A stretch of 64,000 nt of DNA from Hypanus sabinus (taxonomy: Eukaryota), in contig NC_082707.1 of NCBI RefSeq assembly GCF_030144855.1, positions 133,920,001-133,984,000 on the forward strand, in the 5' to 3' direction. Both the position numbers and the translations under genes were made by a program. The notes beneath the pieces were generated by a model, which worked only from the letters and a program-made list of their open reading frames with translations, was not told the origin of the DNA and searched no databases. Shown here in pieces: positions 24,240-36,917 of this stretch (positions are counted from its first letter, which is position 1; each line of letters opens with the position of its first letter).

Positions 24240-27200
24240 ATCAGGTAAGGCCGGGTAAGTTCCTTTCAAAAGAGAAAGTTTCAAAAGTTGAGGCAAGTAT
24301 TGGGTAGGTCATGGCAGCTGAGATTGGCCCCATGGTTTGTTCATCCTGCAGCATGTGGGAAATCAGGAATACTTACAGTGTCCCTGATACTATGTATGCA
24401 GGAAGTGTGTCCAGCTGCAGCTTCTGGAAGACCGCATTGAGCATCTGGAGCTGCGATTGGATTCATACTGGAGCATCAGCGATGCTGAGAAAGTCGTGAA
24501 TAGCACGTTTAGTGAGTTGGCCACACCGCAGGTAAAGGCTACACAGGCAGAAAGGGAAGGGGTGGCCAGCATAACAGTAGGCAGGTAGTGCAGGAGTCCC
24601 CTGAGGTCATCTCCCTCCTAAACTGATATACTGTTTTGGATACTTTTGGGGGAGATGTCTCATCAGGGGAAGGCAGCAGCCGCTAAGTTCATTGCACCAT
24701 GGGTGGCTCTGCGGCACAGGAGGGAAGGAAAAGGAGTGGGAAAGCTATAGTGATAGGGGCTTCGATTGTAAGGGGAATAGATAGGCGTTTCTGTGGCCGC
24801 AAACGAGACTCCAGGATGGCATGTTGCCTCCCTGGTGCAAGGGTCAAGGATGTCTCTGAGCGGCTGCAGGACATTCTGGAATGGGAGGGTGAACAGCCAG
24901 TGGTCGTGGTGCACGTAGGTACCAACGATATAGGTAAAAATGGGATGAGGTCCTACAAGGTGAATTTAGGGAATTAGGAGATAAACTAAAAAGTAGGACC
25001 ACAAAGGTAATAATCTCTGGATTTCTACTAGTGCCACATGCTAGTCAGAGTAGAAATAGGAGGATATTTCAGATGAATATGTGGCTTGAAAAATGGTGCA
25101 AGGAGGAGGGATTCAAATTTCTGGGGCAGTGGAACCAGTTCTGGGGGAGGTGGGACTGGTATAAACAGGACGGTCTGCACCTGGGCTGGACTGGAACCAA
25201 TGTCCTAGGGGGAGCATTTGCTACTGCTGTTCAGGAGGATTTGAACTAATGTGGCAGGGGGATGGGAACAAGGGCAGAGAGACAGAGGGGTGTAAAATGA
25301 GGGTAGAGACAAAAAGTAATAAGGTGAAAAGTAAAAGTGGCAGGCAGGCAAATCCAGGGCAAAAAGGGCCACTTTTCAACATAATTGTTTAAGGGCTAAG
25401 AGTGTTGTAAAAACAAGCCTGGAGGCTTTGTGTGTCAATGCGAGGAGCATTCGTAACAAGGCGGATGAATTGAATGTGCAGATAGTTATTAATGAATATG
25501 ATATAGTTGGGAATCACAGAGACATGGCTCCAGGGTGACCAAGGATGGGAGCTCAACATCCAGGGATATTCAATATTCTGGAGGGATAGACAGGAAAGAA
25601 AAGGAGGTGGGGTAGCTTTGCTGGTTAGAGAGGAAATTAATGCAATAGAGAGGAAGGACGTTAGCCTGGAGGATGTGGAATCGATATGGGTAGAGCTGCA
25701 TAACACTAAGGGGCAGAAAACACTGGTGGGAGTTCTGTACAGGCCACCTAACAGTAGTGGTGAAGTTGGGGATGGCATTAAACAGGAAATTAGAAATGCT
25801 TGCAATAAAGGAACAGTAGTTATAATGGTTGACTTCAATCTACATATAGATTGGGTGAACCAAATTGGTAAGGCTGCAGAGGAAGAGGATTTCTTGGAAT
25901 GTATGTGAGATGGTTTTCTGAACCAACATGTTGAGGAACCAACTAGAGAGCAGGCCATTCTAGATTGGGTATTGAGCATCAAGGAAGGGTTAGTTAGCAA
26001 TCTTGTCGTGCAACGCCCCTTGGGTAAGAGTGACCATAATATGGTGGAATTCTTCATTAAGATGGAGAATGACATAGTTAATTCAGAAACAAAGGTTCTG
26101 AACTTAAAGAAGGGTAACTTTGATGGTATGAGACATGAATTAGCTAAGATAGACTGGCAAATGATACTTAAAGGGTTGACGGTGGATATGCAATGGCAAG
26201 CATTTAAAGATCGCATGGATGAACTACAGCAATTGTTCATCCCAGTTTGGCAAAAGAATAAACCAGGGAAGGTAGTGCACCTGTGGCTGACAAGGGAAAT
26301 TAGGGATAGTATCAAGTCCAAAGAAGGAACATATAAATTAGCAAAAAAAAAAGTGGCATCCCTGAGGACTGGGAGAAATCCAGATACCAGCAGAGGAGGA
26401 CAAAGGGCTTAATTAAGAAAGGGAAAAAAGATTATGAGGGAAAGCTGGCAGGGAACATAAAAACTGACTGTAAAAGCTTTTATAGATATGTGAAAAGAAA
26501 AAGATCGGTCAAGACAAATGTAGGTCTCTTACAGTCAGAAACAGGTGAATTGATCATAGGGAACAAAGACATGGCAGACCAATTGAATAACTACTTTGGT
26601 TCTGTAATCTTCCCGAAATAATAAGGGACCGAGGGTCTAGTGAAATGGAGGAACTGAGGGAAATACATGTTAGTAGGGAAGTGGTGTTAGGTAAATTGAA
26701 AGGATTAAAGGCAGATAAATCCCCAGGGCCAGATGGTCTGCATCCCAGAGTGCTTAAGGAAGTAGCCCAAGAAATGGATGCATCAGTGATAATTTTTCAA
26801 AACTCCTTAGATTTTGGATTAGTTCCTGAGGATTGGAGGGTGGCTAATGTAACCCCACTTTTTAAAAAAGGAGGGCGAGAAAAACCGGAGAATTATAGAC
26901 CGGTGAGTCTGACATCGGTGATGGGGAAAATGCTAGAGTCGGTTATCAAAGATGTGATAACAGCACATTTGGAAAGAGGTGAAATCATCGGACAAAGTCA
27001 GCATGGATTTGTGAAAGGAAAATCATGTCTGACGAATCTTATAGAATTTTTTGAAGATGTAACTAGTAGAGTGGATAGGGGAGAGCCAGTGGATGTGGTA
27101 TATTTAGATTTTCAAAAGGCTTTTGATAAGGTCCCACACAGGAGATTAGTGCGTAAACTTAAAACGCATGGTATTGGGGGTATGGTATTGATGTGGATTG

Positions 27201-28279
27201 AGAATTGGTTGGCAGACAGTAAGCAAAGAGTGGGAGTAAACGGGACCTTTTCAGAATGGCAGGCAGTGACCAGTGGGGTACCGCAAGGCTCAGTGCTGGG
27301 ACCCCAGTTGTTTACAATATATGTTAATGATTTAGACGAGGGAATTAAATGCAGCATTTCCAAGTTTGCAGATGACACGAAGCTGGGCGGCAGTGTTAGC
27401 TGTGAGGAGGATGCTAAGAGGATGCAGGGTGACTTGGATAGGTTAGATGAGTGGGCAAATTCATGGCAGAAGCAATTTAATGTGAGGTTATCCACTTTGA
27501 TTGCAAGAACAGGAAAACAGATTATTATCTGAACGGTGGCCGATTAGGAAAAGGGGAGGTGCAACGAGACCTGGGTGTCATTGTACACCATTCATTGAAG
27601 GTGGGCATGCAGGTACAGCAGGCGGTGAAAAAGGCAAATGGTATGTTGGCATTCATAGCAAAAGGATTTGAGTACAGGAGCAGGGAGGTTCTACTGCAGT
27701 TGTACAAGGCCTTGGTGAGACAGCACCTAGAGAATTGTGTGCAGTTTTGGTCCCCTAATCTGAGGAGACATTCTTGCCATAGAGGGAGTACAAAGAAGGT
27801 TCACCAGATTGATTCCTGGGATGGCAGGACTTTCATATGAAGAAAGACTGGATCGACTAGGCTTATACTCACTGGAATTTAGAAGATTGAGGGTGGATCT
27901 TATTGAAACGTATAAAATTCTAAAGGGATTGGACAGGCTAGATGCAGGAAGATTGTTTCTGATGTTGGGGGAGTCCAGAACGAGGAGTCACAGTTTAAGG
28001 ATAAAGGGGAAGCCTTTTAGGACCAAGATAAGGAAAAACTTCACACAGAGAGTGGTGAATCTGTGGAATTCTCTGCCACAGGAAATAGTTGAGGCTGGTT
28101 TTTTGGCTATATTTAAGAGGAAGTTAGATATGGCCTTTGTGGCTAAAGGGATCAGGGGGTATGGAGAGAAAGCAGGTACAGGGTTCTGAGTTGGATGATC
28201 AGCCATGATCATACTGAATGGCAGTGCAGGCTTGAAGGGCCGAATGGCCTACTCCTGCACCTATTTTCTATGTTTCTAT
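24240..28279 (+). mobile_element. near full-length CR1 LINE C (ORF1 24311-25249, ORF2 ~25420-28189), degraded
   Basis: CSSCSMW, SGNH motifs incl. VHVGTND and DGLHL; EN (GITETW, YRPPN, SDHN), RT (YLDFQKAFDKVPH, GVPQGSVLGP, FADDTK); tail tttctatgtttctat. Confidence 0.95.
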
Positions 28280-28619
28280 ACCAAGGTTACACATTCTGTA
28301 AGCCAGTCGTTTTGGGTGGGACAAAATTGTTAATGTCCTAAGTTTTAATTATTTTTCATTGTAAGTGTAATAAGTAAATTTATATTGCCTAGTATTGCAG
28401 AATATTATTCATGACATAGAACTCTCTAATTAAGGTGGAATTGGCAGAGATGACGATGAACTGAAAAACCTGCATGCTGCATCTTACAGTGATTTGAGAT
28501 ACCCATTTCCTTTATACACAGCAATTTTGAACTGTCAAGAGTACATTTTTGTTTTAACAAAGCTGTTGTAAAAAAAACCCGAGCTTGTTAATTCCCAGTG
28601 CTTCACAGACATGGGAAGT

Positions 28620-28711
28620 GTCTCATTGAAGGGTCTCAGCCCTGATGTCAACTGTTTACACTTTTCTATAGATGCTGCCTGGCCTACTGAGTTCCTCCAG
28701 CATTTTGTGTG
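28620..28711 (+). repeat. single arm of the Penelope-derived palindromic repeat (degenerate)
   Basis: gaagggtctcagccc...atagatgctgcctggcctactgagttcctccagcattttgtgtg, same family as other copies. Confidence 0.7.
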
Positions 28712-28982
28712 AATTCCCAGTGCTTTCTGTTCACTGCCAATTTACATTGACATCTCCAGCAATTCTTTCATCTTGTGCACATTCTGGCTCACTCCAATAT
28801 CAAACTTGTATTCTACAGTCATCAATATGTACACCTCAACCTTGGAATGAACTGATTCTCCTCAGAACTTCAATGCCAAAGCTGGAAAAGGCACAGTCCT
28901 CTGGGAAGGCATGATTGATTAGGAGAGAGTTGTTAAGGCTAACTTCTTTTAAATAATCTTGGAACATAGTCTTGTCATAACT

Positions 28983-29353
28983 CTCAAACAAGAATATGTA
29001 CAGATGCTGGAAATCTGAGCAACACACACAAAATGCTGAAGGAATTCAGCATCTATGGGGGGAGAAAAGTGCAGCCAACATTTTGGGCTGAAACCCTTTG
29101 GCAGAATGTCAAATCAGAGAGATTGACAGATGAATAGCTTCACATGTTTCTAGGCACAGCAAAAATGAAATTGCACTTTTGGCTGAGAGAAGGAAGAGTA
29201 TTTGAACATCAAGACCTCACCCCAATGCAAAAGTTCATATTCTGCCAGATAGTATTGTTCTGCCGAAGGGTTTCAGCCCGAAACGTCAACAGTACTTTAT
29301 TTTTCCATAGATTCTACCTGGGCTGCTGAGGACCTCCTGCAGCATTTTGTGTA
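28983..29353 (-). mobile_element. Penelope-derived palindromic insertion with ~150-bp foreign spacer
   Basis: 13-bp TSD tcttgtcataact (28970-28982 / 29354-29366); inverted arms; spacer resembles 29805-29962. Confidence 0.8.
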
Positions 29354-29799
29354 TCTTGTCATAACTAATGTTTTTTTTTATATACTAGAGACTATGAAAA
29401 GGCTCACTGTAACACCCTTGCTTCACTTTTAGATTATGATGCCTTTGAACAAAAAATCCTCAATGTAATTATTTGATTACCAAATTCCCTTTATCTTCAG
29501 CCTGACCCCAAAACAGGTAGGAAAAGGAGTGTTGCTGCAAGAAAGCAAAACACTTAAGGTTTGGAAAACTTCAAAAAGGCAGCTCTTCATGATTTACTTT
29601 GTGGAAACTGGACAAGCCCCAACCACCTGAATTAATACCTGCAAAGAAACTACTGCTTGTCTATCTGAAAGCAGCAGGACTGGTTTGAGAACAAGTGATC
29701 TAGGATCTCATTAGCCACAATGCCAATTAGATTTAGGTTTTGAAAAATCAATCAAGAGAACACTGATGGTTCAAGTCCAGCAGTTGAATAGATAGAGCA

Positions 29800-30080
29800 C
29801 AGCAAGTCAGAGGGATTGACAGATGAATGATTTCACATATCTCCAGGTGCAGTAAAAATGAAATTGTGCCTTTGGCTGAGAGAAGGTAAGAGTGTTTGAA
29901 CATCAAGACCTCACATTATGCATCAAGATGCATAAGTTTGTGTTCTGCCGGATAGTATTGTTTAATGCCCTCCAGTTCTCAGTCATAGGCTACCCACTAC
30001 AGAGACTCAAAACACTGGAAAAATATCACCAAAGCTGTATCTGTAAAATCTTCCCAAATTTACTGGCTGGATGAGTGAAC
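29800..30080 (+). mobile_element. old RTE-like LINE fragment
   Basis: RVFEHQDL...LEKYHQSCICKI motifs typical of the RTE RT C-terminal region. Confidence 0.55.
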
Positions 30081-31254
30081 CAGCATCTGAATTTTCACCT
30101 GAACTAATTTCCCTTGCACTGTATCTTTAAATGAACTTAGTTGGTTCTATTGAATGGGTGCATTGTTTGCTAGTCTAGCAGCTGTCTCCTGAAATGATAA
30201 ACTCCATTTCAGAATAATACATGGCAGGACAAAAAAATACTTAATTTTCAAAGCCTTCAAAATGACCTAGTGACCTGACGGAATCTGTGGCCCATAACTG
30301 TTCTAAATTCAACTAAAATATTTGAAAAGGCAATGAGAATTTCAGGTGCAAAAATGCATCATTAAATGATAGTTCACCACCAACTATAAGATTGATGGTG
30401 GACCCCAAAGGTCCCAGATTGGCCTCATTAGCCATTTTACAATTGGAGAAGAAGCCATACCTGATCCCAAAGGAGTGTCAAGATGAGCACATAGTAAGTA
30501 CACATTGAACTTTTGCAAATACATATGTCAGTTGACTTTGAAGTGATGTTATGATTACAGTCTAAGACATTAAAAGAATTGAGAAAAATTAATAGGAAAA
30601 AAATTGGAATTCATTTTTCTAATGTTAAGTTTAAGGCTATGTTTTAAGTAAATTGAATAAGTTCCTATTTCTATAAATACTTGTTGGGTTCTTGCTTTTG
30701 TCTAAATAAGTTTTCATTTTCTCTATTCACATCCTTAAATCTATCTATGCCAATATGGATGCAGCTTTATGAATAAATAATCATCCATTTCCATCTTGTC
30801 AATTGAAACAGTTATCCAGCCTAATCCCCTCTACCCAGCAATCGCCTTGCAGCTCATGAGTTCACACCTCTTCAAATCTATAATTTAAGTCTAACAAATA
30901 TTTCCAGTACATCATTGCTAATGTTACCATATACTGTGGTAACATTACTATTAATTGGGCCTTTGGTTAATCAGGGCAGCCACTTATTTCTGACAACTAT
31001 TAATAGAACAAAAACAAATCGTGAAAACAGCCATGATTCTCTTTGCATATTTGGAACACCATGCCACTTAATTGGGGGCAAGACTGATGCTGATTAGGTT
31101 CTAACTAATATCAGCCATGTGTACTTGTGTGGCCATTAGACACTACACAGTACTTACAGCGAACAGTTTTTGAAATAGTGTCAGCTGTGTGTTTGTCCTC
31201 AAACAGCGATTTAAAAAAGAATTGTCGCTGATGTTGCTGAGAAATAAGCAGCTT

Positions 31255-32175
31255 GTGGCTAAAGAAATTACTCTGTTCTAAATGAACATTCCTCTATTCT
31301 GAGGCTGTGCCTATGGTCCTAGACTTCCCCAGCACAGGAAACATTCTCTCCACATCCACTCTACCTGCTGCCTTTCAACGCTTGTTAGGTTTCAATTATA
31401 TCCGCCCATTCATCTGAGCAAGGCCCAGAGCCATCAATCATTCCTCATACAATAAGCCTTTGATTCACAGAATCATTCTCATAAAAGTCCTCTGGACCCT
31501 CTCCAACGTCAGCACATCCTTTCTTAAGTAAGGGGCCTAAAACTGCTCACAATACTCCAAGTGAGTCCTCACCAGTGCCTTATAAAGCCTCAACATTACA
31601 TCCTTTTATATTCTAGTCCTCTCAAAATCAATGATAATGTTGCATTTACATTCCTCACCATCAACTCAACCTGGAAACTGATCTTTAGGGAATTCAGCAT
31701 GAGGAGTCACAAGAACCTTTGCATCTCAGATTTTTTTAATTTTCTGCCTCTTTAGAAAATAGTGTCTGTTTTTATTCCTTCTTACCAAGTGCATGACATA
31801 CGTGTCCTGATATCGCTACTTCTTTGCCGATTCTCCTAACCAAGACTTTCTGCAGCCTCCCTTCAGGTTCCTTCATCTGCCAAATCATCCTATTCTTGAT
31901 CCCATTGGTGCATGGCAAAGGCAATAATCCAGAGATTGCTACACTGGAGGTCCTGCTCTTCATCTTTCTACCTAGCTCCTTAAAATCTCTTCAGGATCTC
32001 ACTTTTCCTACCCATGTCATCGGTACGAATGTGTAGCTCCCCCTCCCCCTTTAGAATGTCACAGACATTCTGAGATAGTCCTGGCACGTAGGAGGCAACA
32101 TAGCATCTGGATGCCTCTATTGTGTCCATAAAATCTCATGCCTACTCCTGGTTATGAAATTCCCTATCACTACAG
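31255..32175 (-). mobile_element. degraded CR1 fragments (ORF2 3' part and ORF1 esterase part)
   Basis: reverse-strand similarity to CR1 motifs seen elsewhere in the window (FWAP, CLPGARV, VHIGTND-like). Confidence 0.6.
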
Positions 32176-32713
32176 CACTAACTCAGTAGGATCATCATCA
32201 GATAATAGCAAATTTATCATTTTGAATTAACTGGTTCAAAATAGCCACACTATGTTCATGTCAATTCAATTAACATTTATGTTTTTTTAAGATGTTGCAG
32301 ATCTGTTCATGAGAGCATCTATTGAAAATGGCTGCTTGATTTTTTTTCTTCAAAGTGGAGAGAGGTAGTAAGGAGATACGATCTATGGGGAAGCTATGCT
32401 TAGTAGGAGAGAGAACAGGACAGATAGAGTAAGGAAGGGAAGTGGTAAGAGTTTGGGGTCAAGCCTCCATTTTAATTAAATGGATACCGGTTTTCCTCAG
32501 ACCAGCATAAACGCATTATTTATAGATTTGGTTTGGTGTGCTACAGGTTTTGATGTTTAACTTTCAACTCTTCACTGCAGGATAACATTTCTTCCTTCTA
32601 CGCAGAGAATATGTTAAGATGTAAAAGTCAGAATGTTTAATTTTTTTCCTCCTAGTGATAACCAAATTCACATTTTGGAAAGATCAAAACGGGCACAAGG
32701 TAATAAAGTCATA

Positions 32714-32860
32714 CACGAAGAAATCTGCAGATGCTGGAAATTCAGGAAACACAAAATGCTGGTGGAACGCAGCAGGACAGGATCTTGGCCCAAAACTTCA
32801 ACTGTACTTCCTCCTATAGATGCTGCCTGGCCTGCTGTATTCCACCAGCATTTTGTGCGT
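32714..32860 (-). mobile_element. Penelope-derived palindromic insertion
   Basis: 14-bp TSD gtaataaagtcata (32700-32713 / 32861-32874); inverted arms acaaaatgctggtggaa / ttccaccagcattttgt. Confidence 0.85.
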
Positions 32861-33396
32861 GTAATAAAGTCATATCTATTGTATCTTTAGTACCAGTACT
32901 GAATTTTATAAGTTTATGGCTACTTTGGAATGTGTAAACACTTTGAATCTAGTTCCTTTACTCCACACAATCATTCTTTTGATTAGCATTGGATCTTGAG
33001 TTGTTTGATGGAGGTATAGAGTAGTCATGAGAATATATGGATGTAGTTCAACAGAGAAAAGTGGGCTCTTCCTTTTACATCACTTTTCCAGTGTCAAATT
33101 CAGGGGGAGAAATTGTAATCTGTATGTAGTAACTGCATAGGTAATTTAAGAATTGAAAATTTAATTACAAACAAGGAAGATAACATTGAAATACTCTTTA
33201 TAAGTTATCTACCTTGTGATTATTTCACGACATAGTCAAAAAACTACAACCAGATTTCAGTATTATTTTAATTATCTTTACGGAGATTGCTCACAGAATT
33301 TGAAAGTACATGAACCAAAATATATATAAAACATTTGATCCTTTTAACACTGATTTTTCCAAACCATTCAATCAACTTATTTTGCAAGGAATGTGT

Positions 33397-33402
33397 TTTA
33401 TT
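33397..33402 (-). promoter_or_regulatory. candidate ATP6V1D polyadenylation signal
   Basis: tttatt on + (AATAAA on -) ~240 nt downstream of the stop. Confidence 0.45.
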
Positions 33403-33641
33403 AGCACATTGTAAAGGGTAACAGTGAATAATTATATAACCATACAGCACAATAAATGTGCAAGAATCAGATGTTTTGCTTACATAAAATAAAAACTTAT
33501 GAACTTGCAAAACAGGTTCCTCCTGACTAATGCAATTGGGTTTGCAAATCAACACTGTATTTAAATAGAACACATACATAAACATCACTATTTAAATCTT
33601 AAGCTCAGTACTTGCTACTTCAATAACTGGTATGCAATTCA

Positions 33642-33780
33642 CTAGTCAAAGAGCAGGTCCTCATCCTTTTCATCTTCAAGTAGGTTGGCTGGTGCATAAT
33701 CATGGTTTAGTCTACGACCTTCCTGTTCTTCTTCTCTCTTTTCCTTCAATTGTTTTTTCTTTTCCTGGATCTTTTTCAAT
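33642..33780 (-). CDS. ATP6V1D: ATP6V1D exon 9 (last coding exon)
   Basis: tacag|; LKKIQEKKKQLKEKREEEQEGRRLNHDYAPANLLEDEKDEDLLFD*, TAG at 33642-33644; the nine exons sum to 741 nt = 246 aa + stop. Confidence 0.96.
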
Positions 33781-33924
33781 CTGTACATAAAGTGGACATT
33801 GCTTAATGCATTCAATAATCTCAAAACTTAGATTTTTCTTAAAATACACAAAATAGCACTCTGGGATACTTAACCTAGTAACAAAACCAACACATAGTGC
33901 AAAGTACAAAATCACGCCACTTAC

Positions 33925-34003
33925 CTGTAGAACTCCTCCCTTTCTCGTTCATCCAACTCAGTAATGATATACAACAAAGTGCGTTCAATACGAGGAATTA
34001 TCA
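33925..34003 (-). CDS. ATP6V1D: ATP6V1D exon 8
   Basis: ttcag| ... |gtaagt; 79 nt, [26 protein letters not shown](R). Confidence 0.97.
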
Positions 34004-34224
34004 CTGAAGTAAAATAGAACAGTGAGTAGTTGTTTAGTATATGGACATTATTTGATCACTGTCTGTTCAATAGTTCTGTGAATGCAAACCTATTTTCTAT
34101 GATCACACTTGACACCTACCAGTCTTAACTTTAACATTATTGTAGACTTGATAGCAGAAGTGTGCTAAAAATTACTGTTCAACTTCCCAGTTGTCCATTT
34201 CTTTCTAGTCACTGCCTAAAACAA

Positions 34225-34750
34225 CTATTGCCTGGTAGCACTCACATCTGCTGTGAAGTGGTTTAGGAAGTTGGTCATAGCTAGAATTAATTCCTACCTG
34301 AACAAGGACCTGGACCTGCTCCTGCTCCAATTTGTTTACTGCCAGAACATATTATCTCACTGGCTTTACTACTGCCTTGGATCACATGGACAATAGCAAT
34401 ACCCATGTCAGGCTGCAGTTTATTCATTACCTCTCAGCATTCAACATCGGTACTAATCAACAAGCTTACCACGGAGAGCATTCTGACAGGCTGCATCAAC
34501 ACTTGGAATGGAGATTTCGATGCACAGGATCACAAGAGGCTGCAGACAACTGCAGACATGTGCAGCTCCATCATGGTACAAGCCTCCCCACCATGGAGGA
34601 CAACTTCAAAGGGTTGTGCCTCAAGAAGGCATCATCCTCCAGGACACACCTCTTTTCATGTTGCCATCAGGGAGGAGGTACAGAAATCTAAAGGCACACA
34701 CTCAACATTTAGAAACATCATTTTACCCTCCACCATGTCACTGATTCTGA
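34225..34750 (+). mobile_element. Rex1/Babar LINE fragment with internal deletion
   Basis: ALDHMDNSNTHVRLQFIHYLSAFN, ESILTGCINTW, LFMLPSGRRYR; ctgattctga tail. Confidence 0.75.
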
Positions 34751-35968
34751 TGATTGCTCATGTTTACCACAAGGCAAAAGCTTATGAAAATTTGGAAGCT
34801 GATATTCAGTAACTCGTCATAAATATAGGTGTGCAAGTCAGGGCCTTAATTTATATTTTGGACAGCTGATTATCCAAAACTACTTGTCCCCTGCAGTCTG
34901 AACTTCACTAATTTCACTACTATTAAATTCTTCAACCTCTGGTCTAGATATTTATTTATTTATTTATTCATTCATTTTAAGCATAGAAAGAACAAGGGCT
35001 AAAGAGCCAAGGTTCCCATATCCTACACTCTACTTCCTCTCGGTAATGACTTGCAATGACTGTATGAAGGCTACAGTCAACTCTGCAGCAAATACCACTT
35101 GTCTAAAATTTATTAACAAAATACCCAAGTCCAATCACTTAGCTTTGCGAGTCCTGCAGAAAAAAACAGCTTTCTGTGAATGGTGTTTGATAATCCATAG
35201 ACTTGTTTCCCTTATCTGGCTCTGGCGTTAGCTACCTTGGAACTCCATGGGACTTTTATCCAAGAGCAGATTTCATTTTACTTTAAAGAAAAAAATAAAT
35301 CCACAAGAATACACTAAATTGAACATTGCCTGTAATGTAATAAGTAAATAAACATTTTCTTTAAAAACTAAGGGCTTACTAGTCTGCCTGGGAAAAAAAA
35401 TCAAAAATATGCACAAACCCTCCAGGGAATCCCTGGCTCATGAACACTACAGCTTCTGAAGGCAATCCTAAATGCTGCTTCCAACCATAAACCCATGAAT
35501 TGGGAGTACAAGTGGCAGACCACCTCTAACTACCCAAGTATTTACCACAACCTCCCCTATCTGTGGAAATCAGAGGCCCACATTCACTTCCCGAGCCAAC
35601 TGGGAAAACAAGTGGAAATAGTCATAGTCATCCTTCATGCCTAAACAGTAATACTTACTTTATAGATTAAAGAAATTATATGTATTTTATTAAATTTACG
35701 AAGCTATTCAGGACTGAACTAATTTAATTGTGATATCTTAAAGGTTAAAAACATAGTAATTATTTCCTTACTAAAACAAAACAGATACTGAAAAGATTTT
35801 TGCAATTAGCCTGCAAGATGATCAATGTATATTTTGCAACTTAAATTCACAAATATGTAATTAACATTGAAATGATTATTAAACATTACATGGTAACATT
35901 TGGAGATTACTGTACAAGATGATTAACATTTAAATATCAAAGACAGTAGCAATATTGGTATAGCTTAC

Positions 35969-36035
35969 CATGTTCAATTGCATTTACACGTCTATTAGTG
36001 ATTTTAATAGCTTCATCCAATGTCACAAATGAAGT
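35969..36035 (-). CDS. ATP6V1D: ATP6V1D exon 7
   Basis: tttag| ... |gtaagc; 67 nt, TSFVTLDEAIKITNRRVNAIEH. Confidence 0.97.
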
Positions 36036-36110
36036 CTAAATGAAAAGAATACAAGCTTAATCTGCTAATAGCTGCAAACATAGGGGAAAATTAGTTTATC
36101 TAGCCAAATA

Positions 36111-36622
36111 CAGGTGGCCCCCGTTTTTCAAACGTTCGCTTTACGACAGCTCGCTGTTACGAACAACCTACATTAGTACCTGTTTTTGCTAACCAAAGAG
36201 GATTTTCGCTTTTACAAAGACACCCGCTTTATACGTGTGTTTACCCTGAGAAAGACTACCATGACTGTGAAGCCTTGTGCAGGCAGTTTGTGCATATGTG
36301 TGAAAGTGCCAGTTTTTTTTTATTCCAAATCAATTTTGGCTCGCTGTCTTCCCCATTCTGATAAGTGAAACTGCACTGTACATACAATATTTGTACTTTA
36401 TATAGGCTGTGTATTTATCATATCATTCCTGCTTTTACTCTATGTTCATGTTATTTTAGGTTTTATGTGTTATTTGGTATGCTTTGGTAGGTTATTTTTT
36501 GGGTCTGGGAATGCTCAATTTTTCCCATATAAATTAATGGTAATTGCTTCTTCGCTTTACGATATTGCTGCTTACAAACGGTTTCACAGGAACGCTCTAC
36601 CTTCGGATAGCGGAGAAACCTG
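36111..36622. mobile_element. Tigger/pogo-like MITE
   Basis: TA TSDs; imperfect TIRs caggtggcccccg / cggagaaacctg; no coding capacity. Confidence 0.7.
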
Positions 36623-36813
36623 TATACGGTGCATCTTTGATGCAGGAACCTAGCTCAAGTCAAATTTTCCATGTTTATAACCATTAACAGGATTTTGGTA
36701 CATTTGTGGTGCACTAAATAATGTGTACTTTTGCTAATTTAGTGTTACATACCACAAACATTTTAAATTAAAAACAAGATGAGACCTTATTCTTGCTTTA
36801 CACAACCTCATAC

Positions 36814-36917
36814 CTGCAATGATGCCAGTTCAACCAGAAGTTCCACAGCTTTGGCATAATTCCTCTTCAATTTAGCCAGTTGTTCTCCACCTCTGGCCAA
36901 GCCAGTCAATTCATAAC
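36814..36917 (-). CDS. ATP6V1D: ATP6V1D exon 6
   Basis: tttaag| ... |gtatga; 104 nt, (S)YELTGLARGGEQLAKLKRNYAKAVELLVELASLQ. Confidence 0.97.

Noticed and set aside
25389-26321. 310-aa minus-strand ORF
   Set aside because: Antisense shadow of the CR1 ORF2 endonuclease region
33642-33780. Divergent ATP6V1D C-terminus as a functional novelty
   Set aside because: Variation is confined to the charged low-complexity tail; the PANLL...DEDLLF end and overall length are retained
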